DNA from: an uncultured Candidatus Saccharibacteria bacterium
GTDB taxonomy: Bacteria; Patescibacteriota; Saccharimonadia; Saccharimonadales; CAYOYH01
Length of the DNA stretch: 53,764 nucleotides
Direction: 5' to 3'
Assembly: GCA_964579475.1 (NCBI GenBank)
Contig: CAZOFP010000006.1
Span: 1 to 53,764 of the forward strand
Shown here: positions 34,611 to 44,203 of the stretch, one piece after another
How positions within the stretch are numbered: position 1 is the first letter of the stretch
How the letters are laid out: each line of letters starts with the position of its first letter
Program-made: the position numbers and the translations under genes
Notes under the pieces: model-generated
Database searches by the model: none
Told to the model about the DNA's origin: nothing
What the model saw: only the letters and a program-made list of their open reading frames with translations

Positions 34611-36206
34611 CTACTTTTTCAACGAGGCAATGAATCCGTCAAACATTGGATGTGGGCGATTCGGGCGCGATTTGAACTCTGGATGATACTGACTGGCTAT
34701 CATGTAGGGGTGGTTTTCATACTCTACTAGCTCTACAAGTTTGCCGTCTGGCGACAGCCCAGATAACTTCAAATGGTTTTTTTCAAGCAGTTCACGGTAA
34801 TCGTTGTTTACTTCGTATCTGTGTCTGTGGCGCTCGGTAATTACCTTGGTTTTGTACAGCTTCCTTGCGAGAGAACCGTTTTCTAGCTCACACTCATAGT
34901 TACCGAGTCGCATCGTGCCACCTGTACCCCAGAGCTTCTCTTGACCTTCCATGACATGAATGACCGGGTCTGGTGTCTTTAAATCAACCTCCACGCTACT
35001 AGCGTCTTTCAAGCCAGATTTGCGAGCTACTGCCACCACCAAGGCCTGCATACCAAGACAAAGGCCTAAATATGGCACTTTTTCATCTATTGCGTAGGTT
35101 GCAGCTGCTATCTTGCCTTCGATACCTCTTTCGCCAAACCCACCCGGAACAACAATCCCGTCTACTTTACTCAGCTGAGCTGGGGTAACTTTTTCGGCAT
35201 TTATCCATTTAATATCTATATCCACGCTATGTTTATGAGCCGCACTTTCTAGTGCCTCGAAAACGCACATATAGGTGTCCTCGTTGCCAAGGTATTTTGC
35301 TACCACACCGACCTTCACCTTGTCGGAGTAGCTGGCTTTTACCGAAGAGACCATCTTCTCCCATTCTCGGTTGTTAGGCTTTTTTGCGCTTAGTTGCAGC
35401 CTTTTTACGATATACTCGCCTATCCCTTTTTTCTCGAGAATAATCGGTACTTCATAGACGGTCTCTGCATTTGGCAATACCGCTATGGCCGCCTCGTCCA
35501 CGCCACTAAATAGCGAGAGTTTTGGAATGACTGCCTGTTTGGGTTCTTCTTCGCACCGAGCGATTAGCACATCCGGAATGATTCCAATGCTCCGAAGTTC
35601 TTTGACTGCATTTTGCGCGGGCTTGGTCTTGATTTCCTTACTGGCATTGAGGTAGGGCATGTAAACAACTTGAACGTGAATACAGTTGTCTCGACCAACT
35701 TTCTTGGTTAGCTCACGTATGGCTTCAAAAAAGGCTGGGCTTTCATAGTCCCCGACCGTACCGCCAACTTCTACAATATGCACGTCGAAGCCTTTACCGG
35801 CCTCCACGACCTTTTGTTGAATTGCATCTGTTAAATGTGGTACCACTTGGACTGTTTTACCAAGGAATTTTCCCGCTCGTTCGTCTTCAATCAAACCCCG
35901 AAGTAGCCGCCCGCTCATAACCGAACTCGACCTAGTCAGCTCGATATCTAGAAATCGTTCGTAATGCCCCAGGTCTAGGTCTGTTTCAGCACCGTCTTTC
36001 GTGACGAAGCACTCGCCGTGCTCTGCTGGGTTTAGAGTGCCGGCATCGACGTTGAGATAAGGGTCGAGTTTTTGGATGTTTACACTAAGACCGCGGCTTT
36101 TTAGGATGTTGCCAATTGAAGCGGCTGTTATACCTTTGCCGAGTCCCGAAAGAACGCCACCCGTAACAAAGATATACTTGGTCGCTTTTTTAGCGGCCAC
36201 CTGCAA
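34611..36206 (-). CDS. pyrG: CTP synthase
   Basis: KYIFVTGGVLSGLGKGI, DPYLNVDAGT, ETDLDLGHYERF, KTKPAQ, glutaminase GLCLGMQ, ERHRHRYE, QYHPEF. Confidence 0.97.
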   Translation of the reverse strand: MQVAAKKATKYIFVTGGVLSGLGKGITAASIGNILKSRGLSVNIQKLDPYLNVDAGTLNPAEHGECFVTKDGAETDLDLGHYERFLDIELTRSSSVMSGRLLRGLIEDERAGKFLGKTVQVVPHLTDAIQQKVVEAGKGFDVHIVEVGGTVGDYESPAFFEAIRELTKKVGRDNCIHVQVVYMPYLNASKEIKTKPAQNAVKELRSIGIIPDVLIARCEEEPKQAVIPKLSLFSGVDEAAIAVLPNAETVYEVPIILEKKGIGEYIVKRLQLSAKKPNNREWEKMVSSVKASYSDKVKVGVVAKYLGNEDTYMCVFEALESAAHKHSVDIDIKWINAEKVTPAQLSKVDGIVVPGGFGERGIEGKIAAATYAIDEKVPYLGLCLGMQALVVAVARKSGLKDASSVEVDLKTPDPVIHVMEGQEKLWGTGGTMRLGNYECELENGSLARKLYKTKVITERHRHRYEVNNDYRELLEKNHLKLSGLSPDGKLVELVEYENHPYMIASQYHPEFKSRPNRPHPMFDGFIASLKK

Positions 36207-36263
36207 ACGCCTCCATTTATGAGATTAATAGTAGTGTCAAAACGTTCAAAAAGCTACCACAAT

Positions 36264-37487
36264 TTACTGATTTAGAAGTTTAACCGCTTCATCGAGCTGC
36301 GGATCGGTCTTGTTTTCGTAGTCTGCATCAGTGAATTCAACAACTACAGCTGGCTCGATACCTTCATGGTCAATATTTACACCTTCCGGCGTATACCACC
36401 TAGCAATAGTAACTTTCAGCACGCCACCAGCTCTGAGTTCTTCGAGAGCCTGTACGCTGCCTTTACCAAAACTCGTTTCGCCAACAAGTGTTGCGGCCTC
36501 ATAATCTTTGAGTGCTCCAGCTACGATTTCGCTAGCACTAGCACTACCTTTATTGATTAGTAGGACAGTCTCAACACCTATTAGTGGGCCGTCGCCCTGT
36601 GATTTCAGGCTTTGGGTTACAACATCGCCCGACCGCTGTTCAACGACCAGAGTACCATTTGGTAGCCATAACCCGGCCACATCTACTGCTGCATCCAGGA
36701 AACCACCACCGTCATTTCTAAGGTCTAGAATGACTTTTTTCACACCTTGCTGGGCGAATTCATCGGCTGCCTTTTTGCTAAGAGAAGCTGTGTCCTCCGC
36801 AAATCTGGCAATTTTAATATAGCCGATTCCGTCCTCGCGAACTTCACTGGTAACACTCGGTACTGTTATTTTTTCCCTCGTAATTGTGATGTCGAGTGCC
36901 TTGCCGTCTCTAGCGATAGACAAAGTTACATCTGTTCCTTCTTCGCCGCGAATTTTAGAAACTGCTTCTTCAATGGAAATACCATACGCGTCCTCGCCAT
37001 CTATTTGTACAATCACATCACCGGCTCTTACGCCAGCTGCTTGCGCTGGGAAGCCGTCCAGAGGTGCAATTATAACTATGCGATCATTTTCAACACCGAG
37101 TTCAGCACCGATACCGGTGAATGTTCCGTTAAGCTCGTTCTTGAAATCTTTAGCCTCGTCTTCGCTAAGGTAGATGGTGTACGGGTCGCCAGCAGACTGA
37201 GCTAAGCCTTTTTTTATACCATTCATGACATCGTCAATGTTCAGTACGCCGTCATACTTTCTGCGCAGAGTGTTGTAGAGCTCATCCACCGATGAATAAT
37301 CTAGCTCGTCAGGTAGTTTGGAGTTTGAGCTGTTAACAAAAGTGTTGGTAATACCTGAGTAGATGTCGCCCCATCTGTTCCCTAGAATGAAAGCAAATAA
37401 CGCAATAATTATAATAATTCCAATAATGTTCGATTTGGAATTCCAAATCGACTTCTTCTCAACCACCACGTCTTGGTTCTTTTCCAC
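36264..37487 (-). CDS. ctpA: S41A carboxy-terminal processing protease (PDZ)
   Basis: TM, GDPYT, GIGA PDZ, DLRNDGGG, SASASEI, SFGKGSVQ; GTG start at 37487 chosen. Confidence 0.9.
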   Translation of the reverse strand: MEKNQDVVVEKKSIWNSKSNIIGIIIIIALFAFILGNRWGDIYSGITNTFVNSSNSKLPDELDYSSVDELYNTLRRKYDGVLNIDDVMNGIKKGLAQSAGDPYTIYLSEDEAKDFKNELNGTFTGIGAELGVENDRIVIIAPLDGFPAQAAGVRAGDVIVQIDGEDAYGISIEEAVSKIRGEEGTDVTLSIARDGKALDITITREKITVPSVTSEVREDGIGYIKIARFAEDTASLSKKAADEFAQQGVKKVILDLRNDGGGFLDAAVDVAGLWLPNGTLVVEQRSGDVVTQSLKSQGDGPLIGVETVLLINKGSASASEIVAGALKDYEAATLVGETSFGKGSVQALEELRAGGVLKVTIARWYTPEGVNIDHEGIEPAVVVEFTDADYENKTDPQLDEAVKLLNQ

Positions 37488-37509
37488 CTCAACCCCCTCT
37501 TTAGTAGCT

Positions 37510-38712
37510 TTACTGCGGATAATATGTGTTTGCGCTGCAGGCGCTATACGCCGGATCATTTGGCGCCTTCATATGAGCATACAAACTATAATACCCGTTT
37601 TTGTGGTCAATAATAACCATGTAATTGCTAAATATCGTTCCCGTGTAGAAACAACCCTTTCCGATAATCTCGCCACTGGCAATTGCGTAAAGCGGTGTAC
37701 CTTCAGGTGCGGCTATATCATACGCATCATGAAAACCACAACCATAGGCTGGATTCCACTGGTAAACACCAAGCCCAGAACATCCCCAAGGTTGTGTGAC
37801 TATTCCACCGCCGCTCACTGGCCAAGTCCAGCCATTATCCTCGACTGCCTGACCGGGATCTATTCCAAAATTAACTGTCTCTGGGGTGTAAACCTTAAAG
37901 TGAACGTGCGGACCAGTTGAGTATCCGGTGTTACCCACCACACCGATAACTTCACCCTGCGAAACAGGCCCCAGACTAACGGCATTGTTGATAAGACTTG
38001 CAAGATAAGCGTTCAATGCAGCTTCGGCGGCGGCTTTTTGTGTTTGCAAATCTTCCACTATCGCCTGATACCTGGCTTCTTCGCCCTGTGTCTGTTCAAG
38101 TAATCTTTGCTGCTCAGCTTTTTTACTGCGCAGATTATCCCGCTGGGCTTCAAGTTTTAATAGCAAATCATCCTGATTCTTCTTCTCGGCTTCTAAGTCA
38201 TCTCTGAGCTTCTCTACTCGCTTCGCCGATTCATGAATACGATCTTTAATTCTTGAAAGATATTCCTGCTGATTTATAAAATCGGTATAACTATCGCTAG
38301 AAGCCAAAAGCTCAATTGTCGTAATATTGCCTTCTTTATAGAGTGTGACTATGGCATTTTTAAGTATTCCTTTTTGCCGATCTAGCTCGGCAATGGTTTC
38401 TTCGATTTTAATCTTCAGCGTATCGATAGTTGTTTGTGTTAGCTCAATCTTTTTGGTCTCGTTTGCAACTTCCGTTTCAAGCTGACTAACTTTAGCCTGC
38501 AAGGTGTTTTCTTGCTGTTGCAACTCGACTAAATAAGCTTCGTTGGCGGCGATATCTTGTTCAAGCTGTGTTGTCTGCGCTCTTAACACCTCTTCTTTGG
38601 AGGCGGAAGTGTCAACAACTCTAATTACAAAAAGAAACGTTAAAAATAGTAGCGCAGCCGCTACTATTGTAAATATCGTAAAACCGGTACGCTTTTTAAC
38701 AATGGTGGACAT
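37510..38712 (-). CDS. Coiled-coil (PcsB/CwlO/EnvC-like) peptidoglycan hydrolase with M23 domain, FtsEX partner
   Basis: Signal/TM, long coiled coil with LLASSDSYTDFI..EYL motif, C-terminal M23 motifs GNTGYSTGPHVHF and HDAYD..YAHM; downstream of ftsEX. Confidence 0.85.
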   Translation of the reverse strand: MSTIVKKRTGFTIFTIVAAALLFLTFLFVIRVVDTSASKEEVLRAQTTQLEQDIAANEAYLVELQQQENTLQAKVSQLETEVANETKKIELTQTTIDTLKIKIEETIAELDRQKGILKNAIVTLYKEGNITTIELLASSDSYTDFINQQEYLSRIKDRIHESAKRVEKLRDDLEAEKKNQDDLLLKLEAQRDNLRSKKAEQQRLLEQTQGEEARYQAIVEDLQTQKAAAEAALNAYLASLINNAVSLGPVSQGEVIGVVGNTGYSTGPHVHFKVYTPETVNFGIDPGQAVEDNGWTWPVSGGGIVTQPWGCSGLGVYQWNPAYGCGFHDAYDIAAPEGTPLYAIASGEIIGKGCFYTGTIFSNYMVIIDHKNGYYSLYAHMKAPNDPAYSACSANTYYPQ

Positions 38713-38763
38713 GCATAAGCAGTATACCACAGCCCTAGTGAAAAGTAAGTGAAAATTTATATC

Positions 38764-38880
38764 TAGAAACCAGACGGTAGACGACAAATTGATGACGCTG
38801 GAGACTAAAATCAGCCTCCCTGTAATCCTCAGTTTACCAATTACTTCTAGAGTCTACCGTCTATAATCTAGTGTCTAATT
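38764..38880. repeat. Intergenic region bracketed by inverted heptamer arrays
   Basis: Left TAGAAAC CAGACGG TAGACGA (38764-38784, degenerate to 38812); right TCTAGAG TCTACCG TCTATAA TCTAGTG TCTAATT (38846-38880) next to the ftsX stop. Confidence 0.8.
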
Positions 38881-38882
38881 TA

Positions 38883-39812
38883 TTACCAGTTCTTTAAACG
38901 GAGGTAGCGCGACAAAGAAAAGGCACTCGAAAGCAGCCCGATGATAATACCCATCACTATCGAGGCGAGCATTACTAATACGAACTTCTCGGAATAAAGA
39001 TCAATTGTCGGTTCAATAAGTAGCTGGCTCTTTGCTCTCGGACCCAGTCCAAGCAAAATGCTATAAACAACTATTGTTGAAATTATCCCCGCAAACACAC
39101 CATAAAGCGCTGCCTCAAACATGAATGGGCCTCTGATATATCTCGGTGTAGCACCGATTAACTTCATAATTTCAATCTCGTCGCTCCTAGTGAAAACCGC
39201 CATTCTAATGGTGTTAAATATAATGAGTATCGATATCGCCGCAAAGACTACTGCAGCTCCGATGCTGGCCAACGTGATGAAATCTTGTGCTTTGGCAATG
39301 TTGTCTATCGATTCCCGACGAGCTTCGTTGACGCTCGTTTCGTCGACGACAGCTGCGAATCTCTCATCGGATGTAACCCCAATTATTGCATCTATATTGC
39401 TAAGATCCTCGACGGTAACTTCGAACGAAGCAGGCAGAGTATCGGCGCCAGTGATTGCGAAGACTTCAAGTAGCGTGCTGTCGTCACTGTTTTGCTCTTG
39501 GAAAATCGCCAATGCGTCTTGTTTTGAAATATACTTCACTTCTTTGACGTTATCGTTATTTTCTAGCACGTCCCGAAGCTCCCCAACCGAAGACTCTTCG
39601 ACGTTATCCTTGAGATACACAGAAACCGTTATCTGCTCCGCAATGTCAGCAACTGTATCTGTTAGAGCGCTGTTCACCACAGTTGAACTTAAAATTATTG
39701 TTAGTGTCACCACCATAATCGCCACTGCTGATGTTGAAAGCCAGGCATTACGAATGAAGTTGTGAAAGCCGGTATTTGCAATACGACCAAATGAGATTAG
39801 TGCACTCTTCAT
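38883..39812 (-). CDS. ftsX: Cell division permease FtsX
   Basis: RNAWLS, TM1, ISKQDAL..F, LPASF, IFNTIRMA..R..EIEIMKLIGAT..IRGPF..E. Confidence 0.93.
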   Translation of the reverse strand: MKSALISFGRIANTGFHNFIRNAWLSTSAVAIMVVTLTIILSSTVVNSALTDTVADIAEQITVSVYLKDNVEESSVGELRDVLENNDNVKEVKYISKQDALAIFQEQNSDDSTLLEVFAITGADTLPASFEVTVEDLSNIDAIIGVTSDERFAAVVDETSVNEARRESIDNIAKAQDFITLASIGAAVVFAAISILIIFNTIRMAVFTRSDEIEIMKLIGATPRYIRGPFMFEAALYGVFAGIISTIVVYSILLGLGPRAKSQLLIEPTIDLYSEKFVLVMLASIVMGIIIGLLSSAFSLSRYLRLKNW

Positions 39813-40495
39813 TCTTTATAGGCTCCTCTGGCTTGGTCTTTAGCAATTTTTCCATCACGGATTGTGATGACTCGACGCTTCAGTTTGTCAACAATTTCCT
39901 TGTTGTGCGTCGTCAGAAGAACAGTTGTGCCATATTTATTAATCTTCTGAAGAACTTTTATCACATCCCAGGCATGTTTTGGGTCGAGATTACCTGTTGG
40001 TTCATCGGCAATTAGTATCTTTGGCTGGCGAACAATAGCTCTGGCAATTGCCACTCGTTGTTTTTCTCCGCCAGAAAGTTCATTCGGGAAATGATCTGTC
40101 TTGTCGGTTAGACCAACGATATCTAGCACCTTCGGTACCGTTCGCTTTATCTCTCGATTGCTCATACCGACAATTTCTAGCGCGAACGAAACATTTTCGA
40201 AAACAGTCTTGTCCCGCAGAAGTTTAAAGTCCTGGTAAACGACGCCAATTTTGCGCCTTAGAGACGGAATCTCGTTGTCTTTGAGTCTGTCATAGTCAAT
40301 ACCACCGACAATAATTTTGCCGCTGGTTGGTTTTTCCTCTCTGGTGAGAAGTTTCATGAGCGTCGATTTGCCTGCGCCTGAACTACCAACTACAATCACA
40401 AATTCTTTAGCTTCAATATGCAAGCTTATCTGGTCTAACGCCGGCGCCGTACTGTCACGTCCGTAGCTTTTACTGACTCTGTCTAAAAGTATCAT
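39809..40495 (-). CDS. ftsE: Cell division ATP-binding protein FtsE
   Basis: [42 protein letters not shown], adjacent to ftsX. Confidence 0.95.
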   Translation of the reverse strand: MILLDRVSKSYGRDSTAPALDQISLHIEAKEFVIVVGSSGAGKSTLMKLLTREEKPTSGKIIVGGIDYDRLKDNEIPSLRRKIGVVYQDFKLLRDKTVFENVSFALEIVGMSNREIKRTVPKVLDIVGLTDKTDHFPNELSGGEKQRVAIARAIVRQPKILIADEPTGNLDPKHAWDVIKVLQKINKYGTTVLLTTHNKEIVDKLKRRVITIRDGKIAKDQARGAYKE

Positions 40496-40538
40496 AAGCG
40501 ATATAAAGTATATGCTATAAGTGGCTCCACTAAAAGAC

Positions 40539-41615
40539 CTAGCTTATCGAGAGGCCAGCCTCTATCAGCTCGTCAATTTCGCCACTTAGAATTCCGTCGA
40601 CGTCGGTAGTCTCGAAACCAGACCGGGAATCTTTCACCAGGGTGTATGGGTGCAGCACGTAATTTCTTATTTGATTACCCCAAGCTGCTTCTTTGTTTGG
40701 TCCGCGAATTTCAGAAATTTTATCTTTTTGCTGCTGAAGCTTTAGCTGTGTCAGCCGCGAAAGAAGAATTTTCATAGCCGTTTCGCGGTTTTGTATTTGG
40801 GATTTTTCGTTCTGAATAGACACCACTACGCCAGTCGGGATATGCGTTATCCTTACCGCTGAATCAGTAGTATTAACAGATTGACCGCCATGCCCACCCG
40901 CTCTAAAGACATCGACTCTAATGTCTCCTGAATCGACTTCCACTTCATCTGAATTTTCAATTTGCGGTAGCACTTCTACCATGGCAAACGATGTCTCTCG
41001 AGAACCCGCAGAATTAAATGGACTTTTTCTAACTAACCTATGTACTCCATGCTCGTTTCTTAGTTTCCCGTAGGCATTTTCACCTGAAAATAAAATCGTC
41101 GCGCTCTTTATCCCGGCTTCCTCGCCCTTCGATTCGTCAACGAGTTTCGTTTTAATACCTGATTTTTCGGCCCAACGCAGGTACATTCGCCGAAGCATGT
41201 CTGCCCAGTCCTGCGCATCGGTACCTCCCGCACCAGCTTGCAAAGTCACCACCGCATCATGGTCGTCGTACGGGCCATTAAAGCGAAGTTCAGCCTCTAG
41301 CTTTGAGAACTCTTCACTTAGCTCGTTAACCTGCTTCTCTATCTCACCATCCAGACTTTTGTCGTTCATCACTGCAAGTTCAAGTAGTTCGTCTGTCTTT
41401 TTTTGCAACGAAAGCCACGGCTTTATTTGCTTCTCTAGTTTGGCGTGTTTTTGACTTTGCTTTTGGGCGTGAGCTGAGTTTGACCAAAAATCCTCACGCT
41501 TCATTTCCTTTTGGATTGATGCAAGCTGCTTACTTTTGGCATCTAAATCCAACGTTTCACGAGCAGACTTGAGTTTGGCATTTAGTTGACTAATTTTTTT
41601 GTTCAATACATCCAT
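40539..41615 (-). CDS. prfB: Peptide chain release factor 2 (continuous ORF)
   Basis: GAGGTDAQDW, SPF anticodon motif, GGQSVN, WGNQIRNYV. Confidence 0.96.
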   Translation of the reverse strand: MDVLNKKISQLNAKLKSARETLDLDAKSKQLASIQKEMKREDFWSNSAHAQKQSQKHAKLEKQIKPWLSLQKKTDELLELAVMNDKSLDGEIEKQVNELSEEFSKLEAELRFNGPYDDHDAVVTLQAGAGGTDAQDWADMLRRMYLRWAEKSGIKTKLVDESKGEEAGIKSATILFSGENAYGKLRNEHGVHRLVRKSPFNSAGSRETSFAMVEVLPQIENSDEVEVDSGDIRVDVFRAGGHGGQSVNTTDSAVRITHIPTGVVVSIQNEKSQIQNRETAMKILLSRLTQLKLQQQKDKISEIRGPNKEAAWGNQIRNYVLHPYTLVKDSRSGFETTDVDGILSGEIDELIEAGLSIS

Positions 41616-42911
41616 TTACAGATCCAGAACTGCCTTTTTATACTGCGAACCACGTTGTTTGTAGTTGTCGAACATGTCGAAACTCGCACTAGCTGGCGAG
41701 AGCAAAACCACGTCGCCGCTCTCGGTAATTTCAGCTGCTTTTTTGACAATTTCATCGATGTCGCCATCTACTGACTCGGCGTCTTTATAGCCAAACGAGG
41801 CCAGCTCCCCACCTATCTCGCGGCCGGTGTCCCCAATCAAAAGAACTCTGCGAATATTCGTACTTACCGATATTGCCTCGGCCAAATCCTTGTAGTCAGA
41901 CTGCTTCGAACTACCACCTAAGATAACTACCTCCGGCTGGTCGAACGACTTGATAGCGGCAATGGCGGCACCAGGTGTAGTCGCAAAGCTATCGTTGTAG
42001 TATTTCACCCCGCTGACTTCTCTGACCAGCTCAAGTCTGTGCTCGAGACCACTGAACGCTTTAACTGCCCGCCTGATTGCCGAGAGATCCTGTGTGTATT
42101 CCCATGCCGCAGTCACGGCAGCACAAATATTCTCTCGGTTGTGCGGCCCGACCAGACCGAACTCTTCGGTTGGCATAATCTTCTGGTTGCCATACATCAA
42201 ATCACCAGCATGTATATGTGCCGTGTCGGCTGCCATGAATTTTTTCTTTAGGCCAACACCGTTCATGCCCACCTGCTCACTAAGCTCGTTGAATGGATGA
42301 ATAATCGTTATATCGTCAGATGTTTGGTATTTAGATATATTCGATTTTGCAGCTAAATAATCATCCTCGTCCTCATGAACGTCCAGATGCTCTGGTTCTA
42401 CCATTAAGACGACAGCAACATGAGGACTAACAGTCAAATCCCACAGTTGAAAACTTGATATTTCGTAAACCACTATGTCACTTGGTTCAACCTTGCGTAG
42501 GGTGTCCAGTGCTGGCGAACCAATGTTACCCAGTAAATGCACTTTTTGCTTGGAAGCTTTTAGGATATTTGCAAGCAACGTGGCTGTTGTTCCTTTACCT
42601 TTCGTTCCGGTCACACCAATTATTTGTGCAGGGCATAGTTCGAAAAACAACTGAGTAGCAGATGAAACATCGGTCGTTGTGCTAATTCTGTGTGGCGACA
42701 GACCAGGTGAACGTACTACTAAATCGTAGTCATCAAGCTCCCAGCTTTCGGCGCTCGAGACAGTCACGTTTGATGGGTGTTTCTCGGATGTAAACTCATC
42801 GAAAATATCTACTACAGCGCCAGCTTCGTTGAGAAACTTAGTCGCAGATTCGCCCTCCTCACCATATCCAAGAACAGCAATCTTTTTGCCTGAAAACTCC
42901 GCTATTTCCAT
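41616..42911 (-). CDS. murD: UDP-MurNAc-L-Ala:D-Glu ligase
   Basis: VRSPG, GVTGTKGKGTT, EISSFQL, EHLD, LEHRLE, NDSFATT, LLSPASASFDMF..YKQRG. Confidence 0.94.
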   Translation of the reverse strand: MEIAEFSGKKIAVLGYGEEGESATKFLNEAGAVVDIFDEFTSEKHPSNVTVSSAESWELDDYDLVVRSPGLSPHRISTTTDVSSATQLFFELCPAQIIGVTGTKGKGTTATLLANILKASKQKVHLLGNIGSPALDTLRKVEPSDIVVYEISSFQLWDLTVSPHVAVVLMVEPEHLDVHEDEDDYLAAKSNISKYQTSDDITIIHPFNELSEQVGMNGVGLKKKFMAADTAHIHAGDLMYGNQKIMPTEEFGLVGPHNRENICAAVTAAWEYTQDLSAIRRAVKAFSGLEHRLELVREVSGVKYYNDSFATTPGAAIAAIKSFDQPEVVILGGSSKQSDYKDLAEAISVSTNIRRVLLIGDTGREIGGELASFGYKDAESVDGDIDEIVKKAAEITESGDVVLLSPASASFDMFDNYKQRGSQYKKAVLDL

Positions 42912-44191
42912 ATTTTACTCACCACATCATAATGTTTCGCTGCTTTTGCGACATGTGTTTTGCGGCCAAGTATTCCGAAGTTCCAGTTTTCACTGCTGTG
43001 CATTAATTTGTGAACGACTCTTTGAATGTCATTTCTAGTAATCGATTTTATTAGATCAATCCTCTCGCTAAAATCGTAGAACGCATCATATGTGAAATAG
43101 CGTGAATACCAGTTAACCAGGTGTTGTAGCGTCTGATAGCGTATCTGAAAACTGCCGAGTGCGTTTTGCTTGGCATTCCTGAGCTCGTCTTCGGTCATGC
43201 CGTCTCGGATGAACTTTGCCAGCTCGTAAGAGATGAACTTCACTAACCCGTCAGCCTTCGTTGGTATCACACTGCCAAACATGGTCATTGAACTAATGCC
43301 GCTGTAGCTGCCGCCTATAGAATGTATTCCGTAGAGCAGCCCCTTCTCTCTGCCTTTACCAAAAATTCGCGAATCCCAGGCGCCGGTTAAAGTGTAGGTG
43401 ATGAATTCTAGCGCCAACAAGTCTCTTTCGCTTAGTTCGCCCTCGTCAGCCATCCTCAGTGCAAAAAACAGCTTGTCGACATCTTTAACTATCGCGACCG
43501 AACTGTCGGTTACAGCTAAAGTCATATCCGTTCGTTGTTGACGTTCACCATCTGGCAGCTGCTTAGTGTAGCGTTCGAGGAGTCGCAACATATCGTCACG
43601 TTTGTCCGACATATCGCCGGTAATAATAAACCTCATGTTCGCTGCGCGGTGGGTTTGTTCGTGATGCCTATGCAAATCTCTTGGTTTTATTGCTAGTATT
43701 TGGTCTAGCCGCGTCTGATAGTCCAGCGTCCTGTCGTCACCCATAGATTGTTCTAGCGCGATGTTTAAAGTCAGCGGGTAGTGCATTAAGCGCGATGAGA
43801 GCTCTTCGACAATCGTCCCTTGCTCTGTTTCAAATTCTGACGGCAGGAACCGCGGCGTAGTCAGGCCTTGCCAGAAAAGCTTCATAATTCGCTCCCACTC
43901 AAAATCAGCCGTCTCCGCGTAGTAGCCGTTTAGCACGTTGTCCGTGTAGGCATTATGGAGAGCACCGTTAAGTCCAAACTCCCTCGAGAACTCTCGTGAG
44001 TTTTTATAATATTTGTTGGCACCGAAAATCATGTGTTCCATCGAATGCGGCACCTCATATTTCGTCTTGTCTACAAAATCATAGCCCGACATAAAGGTGA
44101 ACTCCATGTTCACGATTGCTGTTCCAGGTACGTTGACTAGTAGTCCCTTGGAGCCAGTGCTAAGTTTCACCTCTTTGACGCTATGTTTCAT
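42902..44191 (-). CDS. M16 family (inverzincin) zinc peptidase
   Basis: HxxEH (HSMEH), NAYT, E..TIVEE, SRIF..GREKGLLY. Confidence 0.85.
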   Translation of the reverse strand: MKHSVKEVKLSTGSKGLLVNVPGTAIVNMEFTFMSGYDFVDKTKYEVPHSMEHMIFGANKYYKNSREFSREFGLNGALHNAYTDNVLNGYYAETADFEWERIMKLFWQGLTTPRFLPSEFETEQGTIVEELSSRLMHYPLTLNIALEQSMGDDRTLDYQTRLDQILAIKPRDLHRHHEQTHRAANMRFIITGDMSDKRDDMLRLLERYTKQLPDGERQQRTDMTLAVTDSSVAIVKDVDKLFFALRMADEGELSERDLLALEFITYTLTGAWDSRIFGKGREKGLLYGIHSIGGSYSGISSMTMFGSVIPTKADGLVKFISYELAKFIRDGMTEDELRNAKQNALGSFQIRYQTLQHLVNWYSRYFTYDAFYDFSERIDLIKSITRNDIQRVVHKLMHSSENWNFGILGRKTHVAKAAKHYDVVSKIWK

Positions 44192-44203
44192 TTTGCCTAC
44201 TAC

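Noticed and set aside
41530..41570. Programmed +1 frameshift site expected in prfB
   Set aside because: The ORF is continuous (ETLDLD); no CTT-TGA slippery site.
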